Made by a program: the position numbers and the translations under genes. A stretch of 63,859 nt of DNA, counting the filler, from Basidiobolus ranarum (lineage: Eukaryota): NCBI GenBank assembly GCA_040143965.1. It is 30 parts of 30 records of this genome, joined end to end, with 100 filler letters (N's around TTAATTAATTAA, not from the genome) between each part and the next. Parts side by side here need not be neighbours in the genome. Positions count along the whole stretch, not along the records: positions 36,310 to 38,339 come from JASJQH010003890.1; positions 38,440 to 40,469 come from JASJQH010003891.1; positions 40,570 to 42,598 come from JASJQH010003892.1; positions 42,699 to 44,726 come from JASJQH010003893.1; positions 44,827 to 46,854 come from JASJQH010003894.1; positions 46,955 to 48,981 come from JASJQH010003895.1; positions 49,082 to 51,108 come from JASJQH010003896.1; 23 more parts are not named here. One strand, 5' to 3'. The notes under the pieces were generated by a model. That model ran no database searches. It was given only the letters and a program-made list of their open reading frames with translations, and was not told the origin of the DNA. Shown one piece after another: positions 36,850-49,309 of the stretch; position 1 is the stretch's first letter; the number at the start of each line of letters is the position of its first letter.

Positions 36850-38339
36850 TTGTATTGACCCCAATAGTACTACAGGCTGGAGACACACTGATTCACAAAC
36901 CCATCAATCGCTATAGGTAGAGTTAAGGCTAGATTCATTTCTCATATTCTTTTCTTGCCGCTTTTATTCTCAGCAGTTCAAGGGAATATTTTTCTTTTGC
37001 TTTTACTGTTGAACCTAATTAAGGCGAGACATGGAATACTATTGTAGCACCTAACGCGTTTTAACAATCCACGTTAGTTATTAAGGAAAATCCAGTAGCT
37101 AATTGTGAAACGAGCTAGCCTTCATTCACTCAAACTCGATATAACTAGTGCACTCCAATGTGTACAACGCCAACTGGATATTCGTATTTGGATTCAATAG
37201 TGTTATTGTGGAAGCAGCAAAAGGCTAATATGTTCTTGGTGTGATTATCAGTCAAAAATAGGTTATAAAAATCGCTTTTCCACTTACAGTTCAGTATACA
37301 AACATCCACTACACTCTGGAACCATCTTACGACATCTCCGCTATCCAGTCTTTGACTAGTTGGTATTCCGAAGAAAGCTCTCCACCGGGGTAACCGGTTT
37401 CAAGTTCGCTGTTCCCCTTGTTGTCTTTGGAAATTGGTCACGAGGTGGACTCATGTAGCTTTATGAGCAGGGAACGCTACCTTTGGATCATTCATCATCG
37501 ACAGATAGAGTTTTCACGGACCATCATTCGATGTAGCAGCAATCAATTCTGAATAAAAGAGTGTTTGATAAAACTCGGATTTTTATTCATATTTTATGTA
37601 TATGCTATGAATAGAAGTAAACCTCTATGCTAATGAATTAGAGTTAAACTAGCATTTAATATACTATGCTACTGATGGAATGGAATACTGATGGAATGGC
37701 TATTAACGTAATGGCTAGTAACGTTAATGTTTGAGTTATTTTAAGATATACTTAGTATTCAACGCGAATAAACCGGTATATTACTAGTGTTGGCCCACGA
37801 TCCTGGCGCAATTTAACTCGTATAAGATAAATCTTGGTGCTATTCCTAATATGGTGATAAATGTAAGTCATGTTGAAATGGATAGTAACCCAATTTGGAC
37901 AATGCTCCAATTCTACTCTATTGACCCCAATAGTATTACAGAGAAGAGAAACTCTGGTTCACTTTATAACTTTAACTAGAGTTAAGATGAGACAAGTTAC
38001 CTCCTGTTTTGGTCTCAAGCGGTTTAAGGAAATATTTTCAATTTGAATTTACTTTTTAGCCCAATTCAGGCAAGCCATGGAGCTCTATTTCAGACATATC
38101 GCGTTTCAACATTATTCTCAGTTTGGCTGTATCAGTAACCATTGGGGGAAATCCAGTTGCTAATTCTCAAACGGGCTTGTCTCTATCTACTTAAACTCGA
38201 CACAACCAACATTTCACTCCAATATGGACAATACCAGTTCAATCTTGATATCAATCCCGATGCTCTGTATTGATTCAATAGTGCCACAGTAAAATTGGTA
38301 CAATGTGAATGTGTTCGTGGTGTAACTAACAGGCAAAAA
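36850..38339 (+). repeat. Diverged ~1.07-kb-period tandem duplication, probably decayed gene copies
   Basis: TATTGACCCCAATAGTA at 36853 and 37919; AAATCCAGT.GCTAATT at ~37087 and ~38149; CpG retained. Confidence 0.75.
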
Positions 38340-38439
38340 NNNNNNNNNNNNNNNNNNNNNNNNNNNNNNNNNNNNNNNNNNNNTTAATTAATTAANNNNN
38401 NNNNNNNNNNNNNNNNNNNNNNNNNNNNNNNNNNNNNNN

Positions 38440-39976
38440 GATGAAATCACCCAAATATAGATCATTGATCCAATACCAAAGTACTCACCATAAAGCTGAT
38501 GGAATTACCAATATGCTTGATGGATATCACTACCAGAATCTGAAAAGTCAGGGTTTCTTTAAGAACTTATATGATCATGTATTTGCATTGGCTGTTGGTG
38601 TTTTCTCACTAAGTGAATATACTATTGGAAAGGCTTGCTGGCCAATTATGTTAATTAACTTAAATCTTCCTTGTTTTGAACAGTATAAGAGTCACATTAT
38701 TTTGAAACTATCCATCATATCTGGACTTAAATCACCAGTGCTTATAGATAGTTTCTTGGAGCCTTTGATTGTGCAATTTGAATGATTATCTAATGTGGTT
38801 CAGATGTATGAGTATTTTATTATAGCTAATATTGGTGAGTGTATTAATTACACTCCTGCCATCAGTAAACTTGGAGCTTTTTGGGGGCACAATACACTAT
38901 CATGCTATAGATTTTGTCAAAGCAATGGAGTATACTCTATCAGGCATATGCATTACTACTATCCAAATATAGTACTAAACCCCATGATTTACCAACAAGA
39001 GCCTGCTCAGATTTCAATGTGCTCACTGATATCAATTTGCCACATAGTCAGTCTAACTTCAAACTTGGTATTAGCCATAAGCCTAAGATTATATTGCTAA
39101 AGGGGATCAGCCGGAGCCCAAGCTTCCCATTGGGCACTATACACTTGCTATTCAACAATATTTCAATACTCCCTGCTCAGCCATAAAGTGGAAAACTGAA
39201 TCAGACTGAGCCATTTGAGATAGGATCAAAGTTTGAACCAATTGTAATAATGCTTGAAAACATTAAGACACAGTCATATATTACCAGGACTCCCATGAAT
39301 ATCTACTCATTTAGGCATTTATTCAAATGCAAAGACTGGAAGTATTGTATTTGTGTATTTTCAAGTGGAATCTTGAAAAGACTTCTGCCTGATAAGTATT
39401 GGAAACATTGGGAGTTATTTGTGGATAGTGTTAATATTTTCTTATGGCATCAACTCACAATGGCAGACCTCAGGCAGATACAGCAACTTTGCAAAGATTT
39501 TGTAGTTAGATATGAAAAACATTATTACAGGTTTCAAGAAGATAGACTGAATGTATGCCAGTATTCAATACATTCCCTGCTGCATGTTACACGATGCTTA
39601 GAGACAACAGGCCCTTACTACAAATTCTGGGAGTTCCCAATGGAGGCACCAGTCATGAAATGGTGCACCACATGAAATCATCAGTTCTTCCATATGCTAG
39701 TCTGGTTAACAATGTATCAGCAAAATCAGTGATAGATACAATGCAATGGGTTAAGGAGACACCAGAGTATATTAACCTTCCAGCAAAGGGTTCTTTTCAA
39801 TGTGCTCACAGGTTTTTGCATTTTTTGAGCACAATAATAGCAACAGAACCCAATCCATGGACAGAGAGTAATTACCTCTTTAATTTGGACTAATTTGTTG
39901 TTGTGATAATCTGCAGGTATTTTCTAAGAAAGCTACAAGACAGACTTCTTGGAGAGATAAATCATGATATGCAGTA
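38440..39976 (+). mobile_element. CMC/EnSpm transposase central and C-terminal region; LTR-E (39977-40373) and LTR-C start (40414) follow
   Basis: CWPIMLINLNLP, DSFLEPL, FKCKDWK, IHSLLH, GPYYKFWEFPME. Confidence 0.9.
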
Positions 39977-40942
39977 TGTGATAAAAGTGTTTAGGGGATT
40001 TGGAAGTGTTTTGAACAAGATTTGGATTTGTGAATTAGACACTTAAGTTTAATTGAATTGAATATGTCCTATTTATAGTTTACTATGAAATAGGACTATT
40101 GGACATGTTTAGATCATAACAAACATGCCCGTTAAGCATGGGTGAAAATTTGAGGTGATTTGGAGAAGTTTTGAGAAAATAGTGAAAATTGGTAAAAGTG
40201 ATATAATTGATATTTCTATCAATTAGAGCAATAAACAGACGTTTTTGAATGACAGAATTGAGTACTAAATAATAAGAATATGGATAAACTAACTACTAAA
40301 TAATGAGTTGCTATTTACTCAATTTCAATATTCACACTCAACTAATTATTTTGTAATTCTCTTAAACCTGACTTATATCTTAATAACTCAAATTGTGCTT
40401 TAGCTAAAGGTTTTGTCATGATTCTGACCTTGGCATACTGATTTACTGCAAATGCAACTCTTCTATTATNNNNNNNNNNNNNNNNNNNNNNNNNNNNNNN
40501 NNNNNNNNNNNNNTTAATTAATTAANNNNNNNNNNNNNNNNNNNNNNNNNNNNNNNNNNNNNNNNNNNNATTTTTAAAATTCCTCAATAGAATCATGAGA
40601 CGCCACTTCCAGAATCCATTTCCATCGAATTTCTTTCGTTGGAAACATTTTTTTTCACTCGAATACAATGCTAACAAACTAATCCTGAATACAGATTATG
40701 GTAGAAGGAGTACCAAACTCAAAATCGTTGAGCTAAAAACGTATGAAAGATTTCCCGGATTCAATACCCGCCTTGGAATTTTCTAATGTTTGGCCACGTT
40801 ATCTCAAAGTAGTAATGTTCAATCTAGAGCGTGAGACTCATTGATTGCGAAATTCAATGGAGTACTGCATTGCCATGGATACATATATATCATGAGTGTG
40901 TCATCTGAATAGCCCCTCTCTCGCCACTCTTGGATTAACAAC

Positions 40943-41518
40943 ATGCGTTACACCGCCTTTATTGTAAGTATTGTCTCTGTGATGACGGCGCTCCACGGTG
41001 CCGTACTGAGTCAATCAGGAAATGGCACTCATGCTGTAACCCATTCAATTTCAACTCCAAGTTGCACGTTCAAGACTGAAGCATATCACGGCGCTAATTC
41101 TAGCTACATTGTTTCATTCTACCAATATATGATGGGTTCTTTTACAGCAGATTACCTTTCTAATAAGGGGAGTCTACCGTCCGCTATACCTACTACATAT
41201 TACGCTTACCATTCTTGTTTGCACAAGAAGTATTCTATGTTTGTACTCTTAAAAGAAAAAGATAACGTCACTGCTATAGGGAATGAAATGTTTGAAGCCC
41301 AGTTAAAAGCTACAAGTACCGATTCTTTATTTATGGCCAATTGTACCACTTTCAATATGGTGCTTAATACAGAATACACCGATGAAAAGACTGTCGAGTA
41401 CTTTTGTCCGGTTATCGATTTTCACCATGATTCTGATTCTAATGGTCATACAATCATCGCTAACTTTTTGCAGAATGGGCTCTATATATCCGCTCTAGTT
41501 TCATTGATGCTTCTATGA
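40943..41518 (+). CDS. 191-aa secreted, possibly GPI-anchored protein of unknown function
   Basis: Intact ATG ORF with hydrophobic N- and C-termini, 4 Cys, sequons NGT/NSS/NVT/NCT, TATA-like element at ~40884, CpG retained. Confidence 0.8.
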   Translation: MRYTAFIVSIVSVMTALHGAVLSQSGNGTHAVTHSISTPSCTFKTEAYHGANSSYIVSFYQYMMGSFTADYLSNKGSLPSAIPTTYYAYHSCLHKKYSMFVLLKEKDNVTAIGNEMFEAQLKATSTDSLFMANCTTFNMVLNTEYTDEKTVEYFCPVIDFHHDSDSNGHTIIANFLQNGLYISALVSLMLL

Positions 41519-42088
41519 CAACCTTCCTTTTGCCTGGAAAAATCTCAATGATATATAGTTGCTATCTAGACTGATGTATTTATAAACTATTTCGATGTCC
41601 ATCCATTATAAATTTACTCTAGTCCAAGCTTGGGCCTGCACCTCTACCCACTCGAACTCTCTCCATTTAACTATCATCAGGAAATCTATTATCAATTTTA
41701 ATGGCAAAATGATCGGAGTTTTGCATACAAAAAAAATGAGGCTAGACAAACTCAGGGTTGAGAATTGATCAAACACATTGATAAAGCTGAAAAATACTTA
41801 GGACTAATGCAGGTAAGTGAACTTTAAAACTATTTGACTAGTCATGGAGTAGGCTATTTGATGACTAGACTCAGCTAAATTTGAGTCCTACTCCATACGG
41901 TGTACTTTTTGAACCACTAGTGAAGGCCTCATGATATATTGATCTGCGTGATGCTTCTCTGGAAGTTCAGGTAATACTTTTAGGTCAGGTTATCATGGTC
42001 AATTGTTGATCGGCAGTAAACTCTGTACTATGGAGGATATAATAATGAGATGCTGAATGGCCTTTTAGTCTGACTCAATATCAGACAT

Positions 42089-42402
42089 TGCTGGATAATA
42101 AATCTTTATTCAACATCTTAGTTAACTTTAGTTATGTTACATATATCAGAAACAGAAAGCAACCTATCTATAGCCCTATATTCTGATTAGGAATATCTCT
42201 ATATCTATATAATCAGTATGTTCTATTACCCCTACTTATCTATTATATCTTATTACACAAACTCCTGAATGTCTCAAACAATTGACTTACTTCTTTGCTA
42301 TATAAGTCACCATATTCTCTTAAGAGTAAAGTAACTAAAACACTATCATAAGTTGCCTCTAATGTACAAAGTCTACCCTCATTATGTCAAGATCCTCCAA
42401 CA
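42089..42402 (+). mobile_element. Solo LTR-D with imperfect TSD (GACAT/GAAAT); LTR-A fragment follows at 42419-42598
   Basis: Full-length match to 35743-36059, with no PBS after it. Confidence 0.85.
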
Positions 42403-42699
42403 GAAATACAATAATATCTGTTGAAATTCACATTGCCTAATCACCAATATAGTCATCTATAGCTTAGTATTTAGCTATCTCATATTTCACTAAGATATTA
42501 CCCATTATTATCAATGGGAATTTACTTGGAATATTTTTACCAACTTGGAAGTTCTCAGATATATTGATTTTTAAAACTTGTGCTAGAAGTCCCAAGCTNN
42601 NNNNNNNNNNNNNNNNNNNNNNNNNNNNNNNNNNNNNNNNNNTTAATTAATTAANNNNNNNNNNNNNNNNNNNNNNNNNNNNNNNNNNNNNNNNNNNNT

Positions 42700-43251
42700 T
42701 TTAGTGAATGGGAATGGATACCTCACCAAGTGTTCCAGGTCATATACAACATCATAATCCTAATTTTGTTCATCGCCTACAGAGATGTTACTGATGGGTT
42801 TTGTGTTCGATCGGAACTCATCGCGATGAGTATTATCAATAGCTTGATGGATGTCTTCTTTTTCTACTACGACGAGTCTTGGGCCAATTGATTAGATCCA
42901 AATGGTTACCTTATCAACGTTGCATTCCTCTATCTCTTCACCTTCCAATACGAAATGATTATCAAACCCACCATGATAGCTCAGATATACCAGCCTACTT
43001 TGATTGTCAATACACGTTCTTCCAAAATGCCTCAATTAACACTCTGTATAGAATCTTTTGATTTCATACTACAGAGTTCCTATCTGATGGAGCAATTCAA
43101 GCTGTTTGCCACTAAAGATTTCTCCGTAGAGAATGTCTTGTTCTATCAGCGTTGCTTGAAATTTCGCCAAATAGCTGAAGAAGGAACTGGATCATGTGTA
43201 TTAGCCGAGACCTTTGATATTTACGACGTATTCATTGCATACGATACATAG
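42700..43251 (+). pseudogene. Transmembrane RGS-domain protein fragment (7TM-RGS-like), disrupted
   Basis: TM segments with DVTDGFCVRSEL, in frame with the RGS motif FKLFATKDFSVENVLFY..IYDVFI; TGA at 42889 and an early stop at 43249. Confidence 0.75.
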
Positions 43252-44593
43252 ATCTAACTAATTGAGCGCCTAACACGTTTGAAACCGGATCCATGGAATG
43301 AGGAATTTCCTTTTCCAATGGCTATGCCAAATATTGTAGAGAATACTTATTCAAGGAATAAAGAAGGATTCTACCAGAGTTGATTAACACTCCGGCTAAA
43401 TTACAAGCGACTTGCCTAGTATATTCTTGTATATATTGTTCTTCATCTGTACTTGGTGAAAACATCAATCGGCCCAAGTATATATTGACAGTATCATCAT
43501 AGAGTCGCTGAGGATGAACGACTAAATCCGAAGTATGACTATCGATATGGCTATTTTCGTTTAGTTATTTAAATAATAAGCACATATTTATCCTTAGTAA
43601 ATGAAATTCGATCTCCGGGATTATAACTATATTATCAAAGGATAGCGCGTCAGGCTGCGACAAATATTTCTGTCTAGGGTCTACATGGTGTATTATAATC
43701 GAGACATTAACATAGAAAAATCGTATAAGTTCTATCTGTGACTCCTTGCTTAGTGATGGTAAACAAAAACTGCAAAGTAATAGTCTTCTTCTAACCATCG
43801 CATATTCATGTCTAAATGTCACTTATCTACTCCGAATCACATTATATTAAACAGCAAGTAAATTCTTCACAGTCGGGATCAATAATGTTTTGTCAACTCC
43901 AAAAATTAAGCAAATTTTCCTCTTCTTCACTTAAACTTCAATCTACTTTATTAAGTCACAATATGAATAAAACTGTTGAAATTCCCATTAAAAGATTGCA
44001 AGAACCTAAAGGTTCAGAACAAGAAGTAAAAAATTGAAATCAAGCTTGGAATCAGTCAGTATGATATTTCAACCATGATTGACAAGAAGCGCACAACTGG
44101 GCAAAGTGCAATTGGTAGAATAGCTGAAACTGGTACCTTTGACATTTTCAATTAGCAATCTGGCGTACTCCTCGCTTTAAGATTTCCATCCACATTACTC
44201 CGACATTAATACTTCCAATTGAACTTATTAATAAGCTTAACCTTTTGTCCAACTGAAGCTTATCATTTTGGGTATTTTAACCGAGTAGCTAAGCATAAAA
44301 GCCAGTCATATAAAGGCCAGTCATGTGATAACCAGTGAGCCAAATTCATCATTTGGCGGATTACAAATAGCTTACTAATAAATTACTAGACTGTTCCGAG
44401 CCACGTTCCTTGATGCCAATCAAGATTTTGCTTCCTCAAGCACCGCCGCTTCCGTCAAGATTTAAATAGCTCAACTTTTTACTGTTGCATTAGTTCCTTA
44501 GCAATATCACGCAGACTCACCTGGATTAATTGATTTCGCTGTGACCTTTTTCATAAAACTTCGTTGACTACTTACGGTTTTTACGCACTTTCA

Positions 44594-44726
44594 ATGGAGG
44601 ACACACACATCACACAGTCGGTGCAGATACAGCACATCCGTAATGCCACGGTGAAAATCAACTACGCACATAAGACCTTCCTTGTTGATCCCATGCTTGC
44701 AAAGAAGGGTGCATACCCGGGCTTTG
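44594..44726 (+). CDS. Bacterial-type MBL-fold metallo-hydrolase, N-terminus (runs off contig)
   Basis: IQHIRNATVKINYAHKTFLVDPMLAKKGAYPGF matches the IRNAT...FL.DPML..KG.YP.F start of YddR-like bacterial MBL hydrolases. Confidence 0.85.
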
Positions 44727-44826
44727 NNNNNNNNNNNNNNNNNNNNNNNNNNNNNNNNNNNNNNNNNNNNTTAATTAATTAANNNNNNNNNNNNNNNNNN
44801 NNNNNNNNNNNNNNNNNNNNNNNNNN

Positions 44827-46854
44827 CTTGCAATATCTATATAAGCCCCATGTATTCCTTGATCAGACCTCAGTCTGATCAACACCAGTTATTAATAAAG
44901 ATTCTTGCCAAAGTATCTTCCTTGTCCAGTCTTGTCTTGTCTTGTCTTGTGGTCTACACCCAAGTACTCTCCTGCCTTCTAGCCTCTTATTGTTGTTTCC
45001 AGTCCTTGTCCAGTTCCTAATTGTCACAGGTGCACAGGAATGCTTTTTTCTCCATTGTTTTGGTTTGCTCAATTTGAATCATTGGATCAGGAGAAAATTG
45101 ATTTAGTCATCATCTGAGGTCAATTTGGGTGAATATTGTTCATTTACATTAAACAAAGCATCACTGGCCTTGAATAACTTGGAAATTTTGGTATTGTAGA
45201 GTCTGTAGGTCTTAGTTTGAGTACAATAGCCCAGAAATATGCATTTCTCACTTATTGGATCAAATTTAGACTAATTTTTGGTCATAATTTTGACATAAGC
45301 AGTACATCCCAAGATCCTCAAATGTTTTACATCAGGTTTAACTCCAAACCAAGCTTGACATGGTGTAGTGTTAGACATAGTTCTAGTAAAACTCCTATAC
45401 TTCAGATGTACAGCTGTAGCAGCAGATTCTGCTCAAAAGTTATGAGATAAATTTGGGCATTGATGATAGATCTTGTCATTTCAATTATAGTCCTGTTAGC
45501 TCTTCCACAACTCCATTCTGTTGAAGTTGTAGTTTCTTGCTTAAATCCAAGAACTTTGTAAAAGAGCTTAAATAGTGTTGAAGCATATTCTCCATAGTTA
45601 TTAATATCAATTTTCTTGATTTTGTTGAAATTAGCTGTGCCTAAACACCTATTTAGTAACATATATAGCTTAGTACTTAGTTATCCTATAATTTGCTAAG
45701 ATATAACCCATTATTTTCATTTGGAATTTACTTAAATATTTTTACTGACCATGAAGTTCACAAATATATAGATTCTTCACTCTTATGTTAGAAGCCCCAA
45801 ACTGTGCACATATGTTCTGGGAACCTTTCTTAACACATTCTTCATGTCAGTTCACTTACATCTTGACAAAACCATACATGTCAACTCTCTACTAAATAAA
45901 TCAATTAGTGAAAACCACCAATTCCTCTAATTCTCCAAACCACTTCCAACAGGCTCCCAAATACTTTAACAGATTTTAGTTCCAGTTTCTTTCTCCACAA
46001 GTGCTTTGAAATCTCTAAAGATACAGAGTGCTTTTCTTGTCATTCTATAAAGTAGACCTAAGTGTATCTTGTATAATAATCAATAAATGTGATTAAATAT
46101 CTTTTTCTAGATAGAGATAAATAATGTATAGGACCGCACAAATCTGCATAAATCAGATCCAATTTTTTGTCAGATTTGATTATCTAGAGCTATTGAATGG
46201 TTGCCTGGCTTGTTTACCATATATACAACCCTCACAAATTTCTATTTTGGTTGGGGGGTTGATTTGAATTCCTGACATTGGGCAATTTTTGATCATATTG
46301 CTAAAATAATCAAATCAATATGGCCAAATTGGTTATGCCATGATTGAATTTATTCTTGATTGAATAACCTATATTTACACATATTACTCTTGGAGAATAT
46401 ATAAGTTTGTATTAGTTCTGATCCTTTTCTCCCAAAGATAAATAATTTCCATTTTGAACAGTGATGTTTCATCCTGACTTATCAAAATTGAACTTTAGCC
46501 CTTGTGAGATTGCCTTGCATACAGATATTAAGTTCATGGCAATATCTGGAACAGGTAGTAAATCCTTGAAAGAATATATTTTCTCTTCAGCAGCTCCAGT
46601 TAAATTGACTTGAGTTATTCCCATTCCAATAGCATCCAATGTGCAGTCATCTCCCATGAAAACCTTTCTAATTGGGATTTCTTCATATTCCACAAACCAA
46701 TGTTTTTCATTTGTGAAATATTGGAAGGTTTCAGAATCAATATACCACATCTGGGAATCCTTGTTGGTAGTCATAGATAGAGCTGATATGAACAAGTGAT
46801 CTTCTGTTGTAACCAAACTCCCAGATTTGGTACATTTTTCTTGTTTTGATATTC
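44827..46854 (-). mobile_element. Copia protease-integrase (minus, decayed) with an LTR-C fragment (44827-45028, plus sense)
   Basis: WYIDSE, DLCGP, RANRTIIEMTRS, SKFDP motifs. Confidence 0.9.
45623..45971 (+). mobile_element. Solo LTR-A with perfect 5-bp TSD GATTT
   Basis: GATTT at 45618-45622 and 45972-45976 flanks TGTTG...TTAACA. Confidence 0.95.
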
Positions 46855-46954
46855 NNNNNNNNNNNNNNNNNNNNNNNNNNNNNNNNNNNNNNNNNNNNTT
46901 AATTAATTAANNNNNNNNNNNNNNNNNNNNNNNNNNNNNNNNNNNNNNNNNNNN

Positions 46955-47762
46955 AAAAAGTTGCACATGATTGGCTACACACTCAGAGAACTATGGATTA
47001 ACACCTGTGCAAAAATTGCGACTCAAATTTTACGCATTTACCACTGGAGTGCTAATTTGTAATCTTTAAAGTCCCTAGTGTCTTTGATATATTCTCCTGA
47101 ATATTTTTATAGAGTTCTTGATACCCAAGGTTTAGCTCATATCCAATACAAATTTGTATCAATATCTCTGTCAATACCAACCATTGTATTAATGTTGCTG
47201 AATCAACATTCTTCCAGCTATCTGGCAGATACCCTGCAATATTGTTCCACTCTGTATTAAGTTCTTCCCAGATATCTTCACAGTCAATACCAGACTGAAT
47301 GTCAAGTTGAATGTTCTCCTTCTGAAGCCACTTTCTGTACACTTGCACTGCATTTTTCCCTTCATACTTTTGCAAATACTCCTCAGGCACATTTACTACT
47401 TTTATACATCCTTATAGTGTGACACTACTGAGGGTGCTTAGCAGTGTTTATGTGGCTATTTGTTTGGCTTTAACTTTGGGGGTAATTTCAACATTTTGAA
47501 AAGTACCAGTTGAGGTTGGAGAGCCATGAGTATCATTTGCTGATGTTTTAGCTTGTTGATAGGTTCCAGGTGCTGGATAAACTTCCAAATTTAGCACTCT
47601 TCCAACTGGTGTACCTGGTTTCATGGTGAAATTAAGCTTTTTTACCAGTATATCTGACTCTGGAAGTACAGATCTTTGTGATGGTGTGAAGAATATGGTA
47701 AGTGGGACAGTAGAGCCTAAACTCTCTGGCTCCTTTGCTTTTCTCTTGGGTTTACTAACTTC
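46955..47762 (-). mobile_element. CMC ORF2 C-terminal part and 3' flank
   Basis: Overlaps ~52810-53235 and 50080-50885; stop at 47052. Confidence 0.85.
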
Positions 47763-48810
47763 TGTCACAATAAGAACCTAGACAAGGACTGGAAACAGAG
47801 AAAAGAGGCTAGAAAGTGGGAGAGTACTTGGGTCTAGACCACAAGGCAAGACAAAACAAGACTGGACTGGGATGATACTTTGGCAAGAATCTTTATTGAT
47901 AACTGGTGTTGACCAGACTGAGGTCTGATCAAGGAAAACAGGCTGCTTATATAAATATTGAAGGGTGAAACATAATATACTCAATAGAGAATACATTGTT
48001 GAAAGTTTGAGTGTCAGGGTGTTGGGGACTACAAGGACCAATACAAAGAGGGATGATGTAAGGATGATCAGGTGAACTTCCATGGAAGGTCTTGGTAAAA
48101 TATACTATATGTGGGATGATGTGATTGGTTAGGTTTCAAGGATTGTTCCAAAGAACATGACTTCCAAATCAGGTAATCTGGATGAACTAGCACAAGATTG
48201 CCAAGAAAGGATGGCACAGCAGATATGCTATCATAATCTAATAATCAAAGAGTTCCATTTGCAGTAGATGAGTATGCTGAGATCAGAATCATGACAGTAT
48301 CCTCTTATTTAGTGATGGCATCCAGACATCATAGGGCCAGGTTTTTCTGGGTAGGCTTCATGAAACTCCTGGCAAAGTTCCTTAGAGATAGAAAGATTTG
48401 TTGCTGACTCCCATTATTGATCATTTGTTGAGTATCCCTTCCAGTCCACTAAATATTGAAATTTATGTTGATAAATTCTAGAATTTAGAATTTTGCTAAC
48501 TTCATATTCAGAGTGTTCTTCTACTTTAACTGCTGGGGGTGGCTCAATGGATTGGCCATGAAGGGTATTTCTTGAATGTGGCTCTAGGAGTGACACATGG
48601 AATACATTGTGATCTTTGAAATGGTCTGAGAGTTCATGGCAGAAGGCTGATGAATTGATTTGCTTAATAATCTTAAAAGGCCCTAGTTTATGATCAAGTT
48701 CATCACAAGGTCTAGTGGTCTTGATATTTTCATGGATTAGGCATACATAATCTTCTGGCTTGAGATCTGGTTTTGGCTTTCTTTTCTTATCAGCAAAGTG
48801 CTTGTGTTAG
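47763..48810 (-). mobile_element. Ty3/gypsy chromovirus 3' end: integrase C-terminus and chromodomain, PPT, 3' LTR-C (47763-48296)
   Basis: LGPFKI, IHNVFHVSLLEP, EYEVSKILNSR..KFQYLVDWKGY; AAATAAGAGGATAC precedes TGTCATG. Confidence 0.93.
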
Positions 48811-48856
48811 GATTGAGCATGCTCCAACCTGGATATTAACTGTTTATGGATGTCTT

Positions 48857-48981
48857 TTAGGAAAGTGGCATATCCGGATTGGGCTCGTTATGCGGTGGTT
48901 GGCTATCATTATTACCATTACCATCACTGCTACCACCGCCATTACCATTATCACTACTACCACCACTATTGGCATTGTTAT
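48857..48981 (-). CDS. Probable Gly/Ser/Asn-rich C-terminus of a host gene (NNANSGGSSDNGNGGGSSDGNGNNDSQPPHNEPNPDMPLS*)
   Basis: Frame open from the contig edge to TAA; triplet periodicity; CpG retained. Confidence 0.45.
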
Positions 48982-49081
48982 NNNNNNNNNNNNNNNNNNN
49001 NNNNNNNNNNNNNNNNNNNNNNNNNTTAATTAATTAANNNNNNNNNNNNNNNNNNNNNNNNNNNNNNNNNNNNNNNNNNNN

Positions 49082-49197
49082 TTAATAGTAAAAATTCTAC
49101 TAGTTATACTCAATCAGCAGGTAATCGTTATTTTACGAGTTCCTCAGAGACTACACGCGAGAAATCTTTCAACTTTAACCTCTTTTACGAACACCCT
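49082..49197 (+). other. Mitochondrial-type group I intron core fragment (probable NUMT)
   Basis: Q element AATCAGCAGG (49112) and R element TCAGAGACTA (49144) in the right order; SSETTRE..FNF peptide typical of intron-encoded ORFs. Confidence 0.75.
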
Positions 49198-49309
49198 ATT
49201 TCATAGTCAACTATAACTAGGACATATTCAATTCAATAAAAATTAAGTGTCTAGTTCACCAATCCAAATATTGTCCAAAACACTTCCAAGTCCCCTAAAC
49301 ACTTTCATC

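Noticed and set aside
42889-42891. Recurrent in-frame TGA (also 10214, 52456) as stop-codon reassignment
   Set aside because: Better explained by CGA>TGA deamination. The same regions carry other stops and frameshifts, and an intact ORF ends in TGA (41518).
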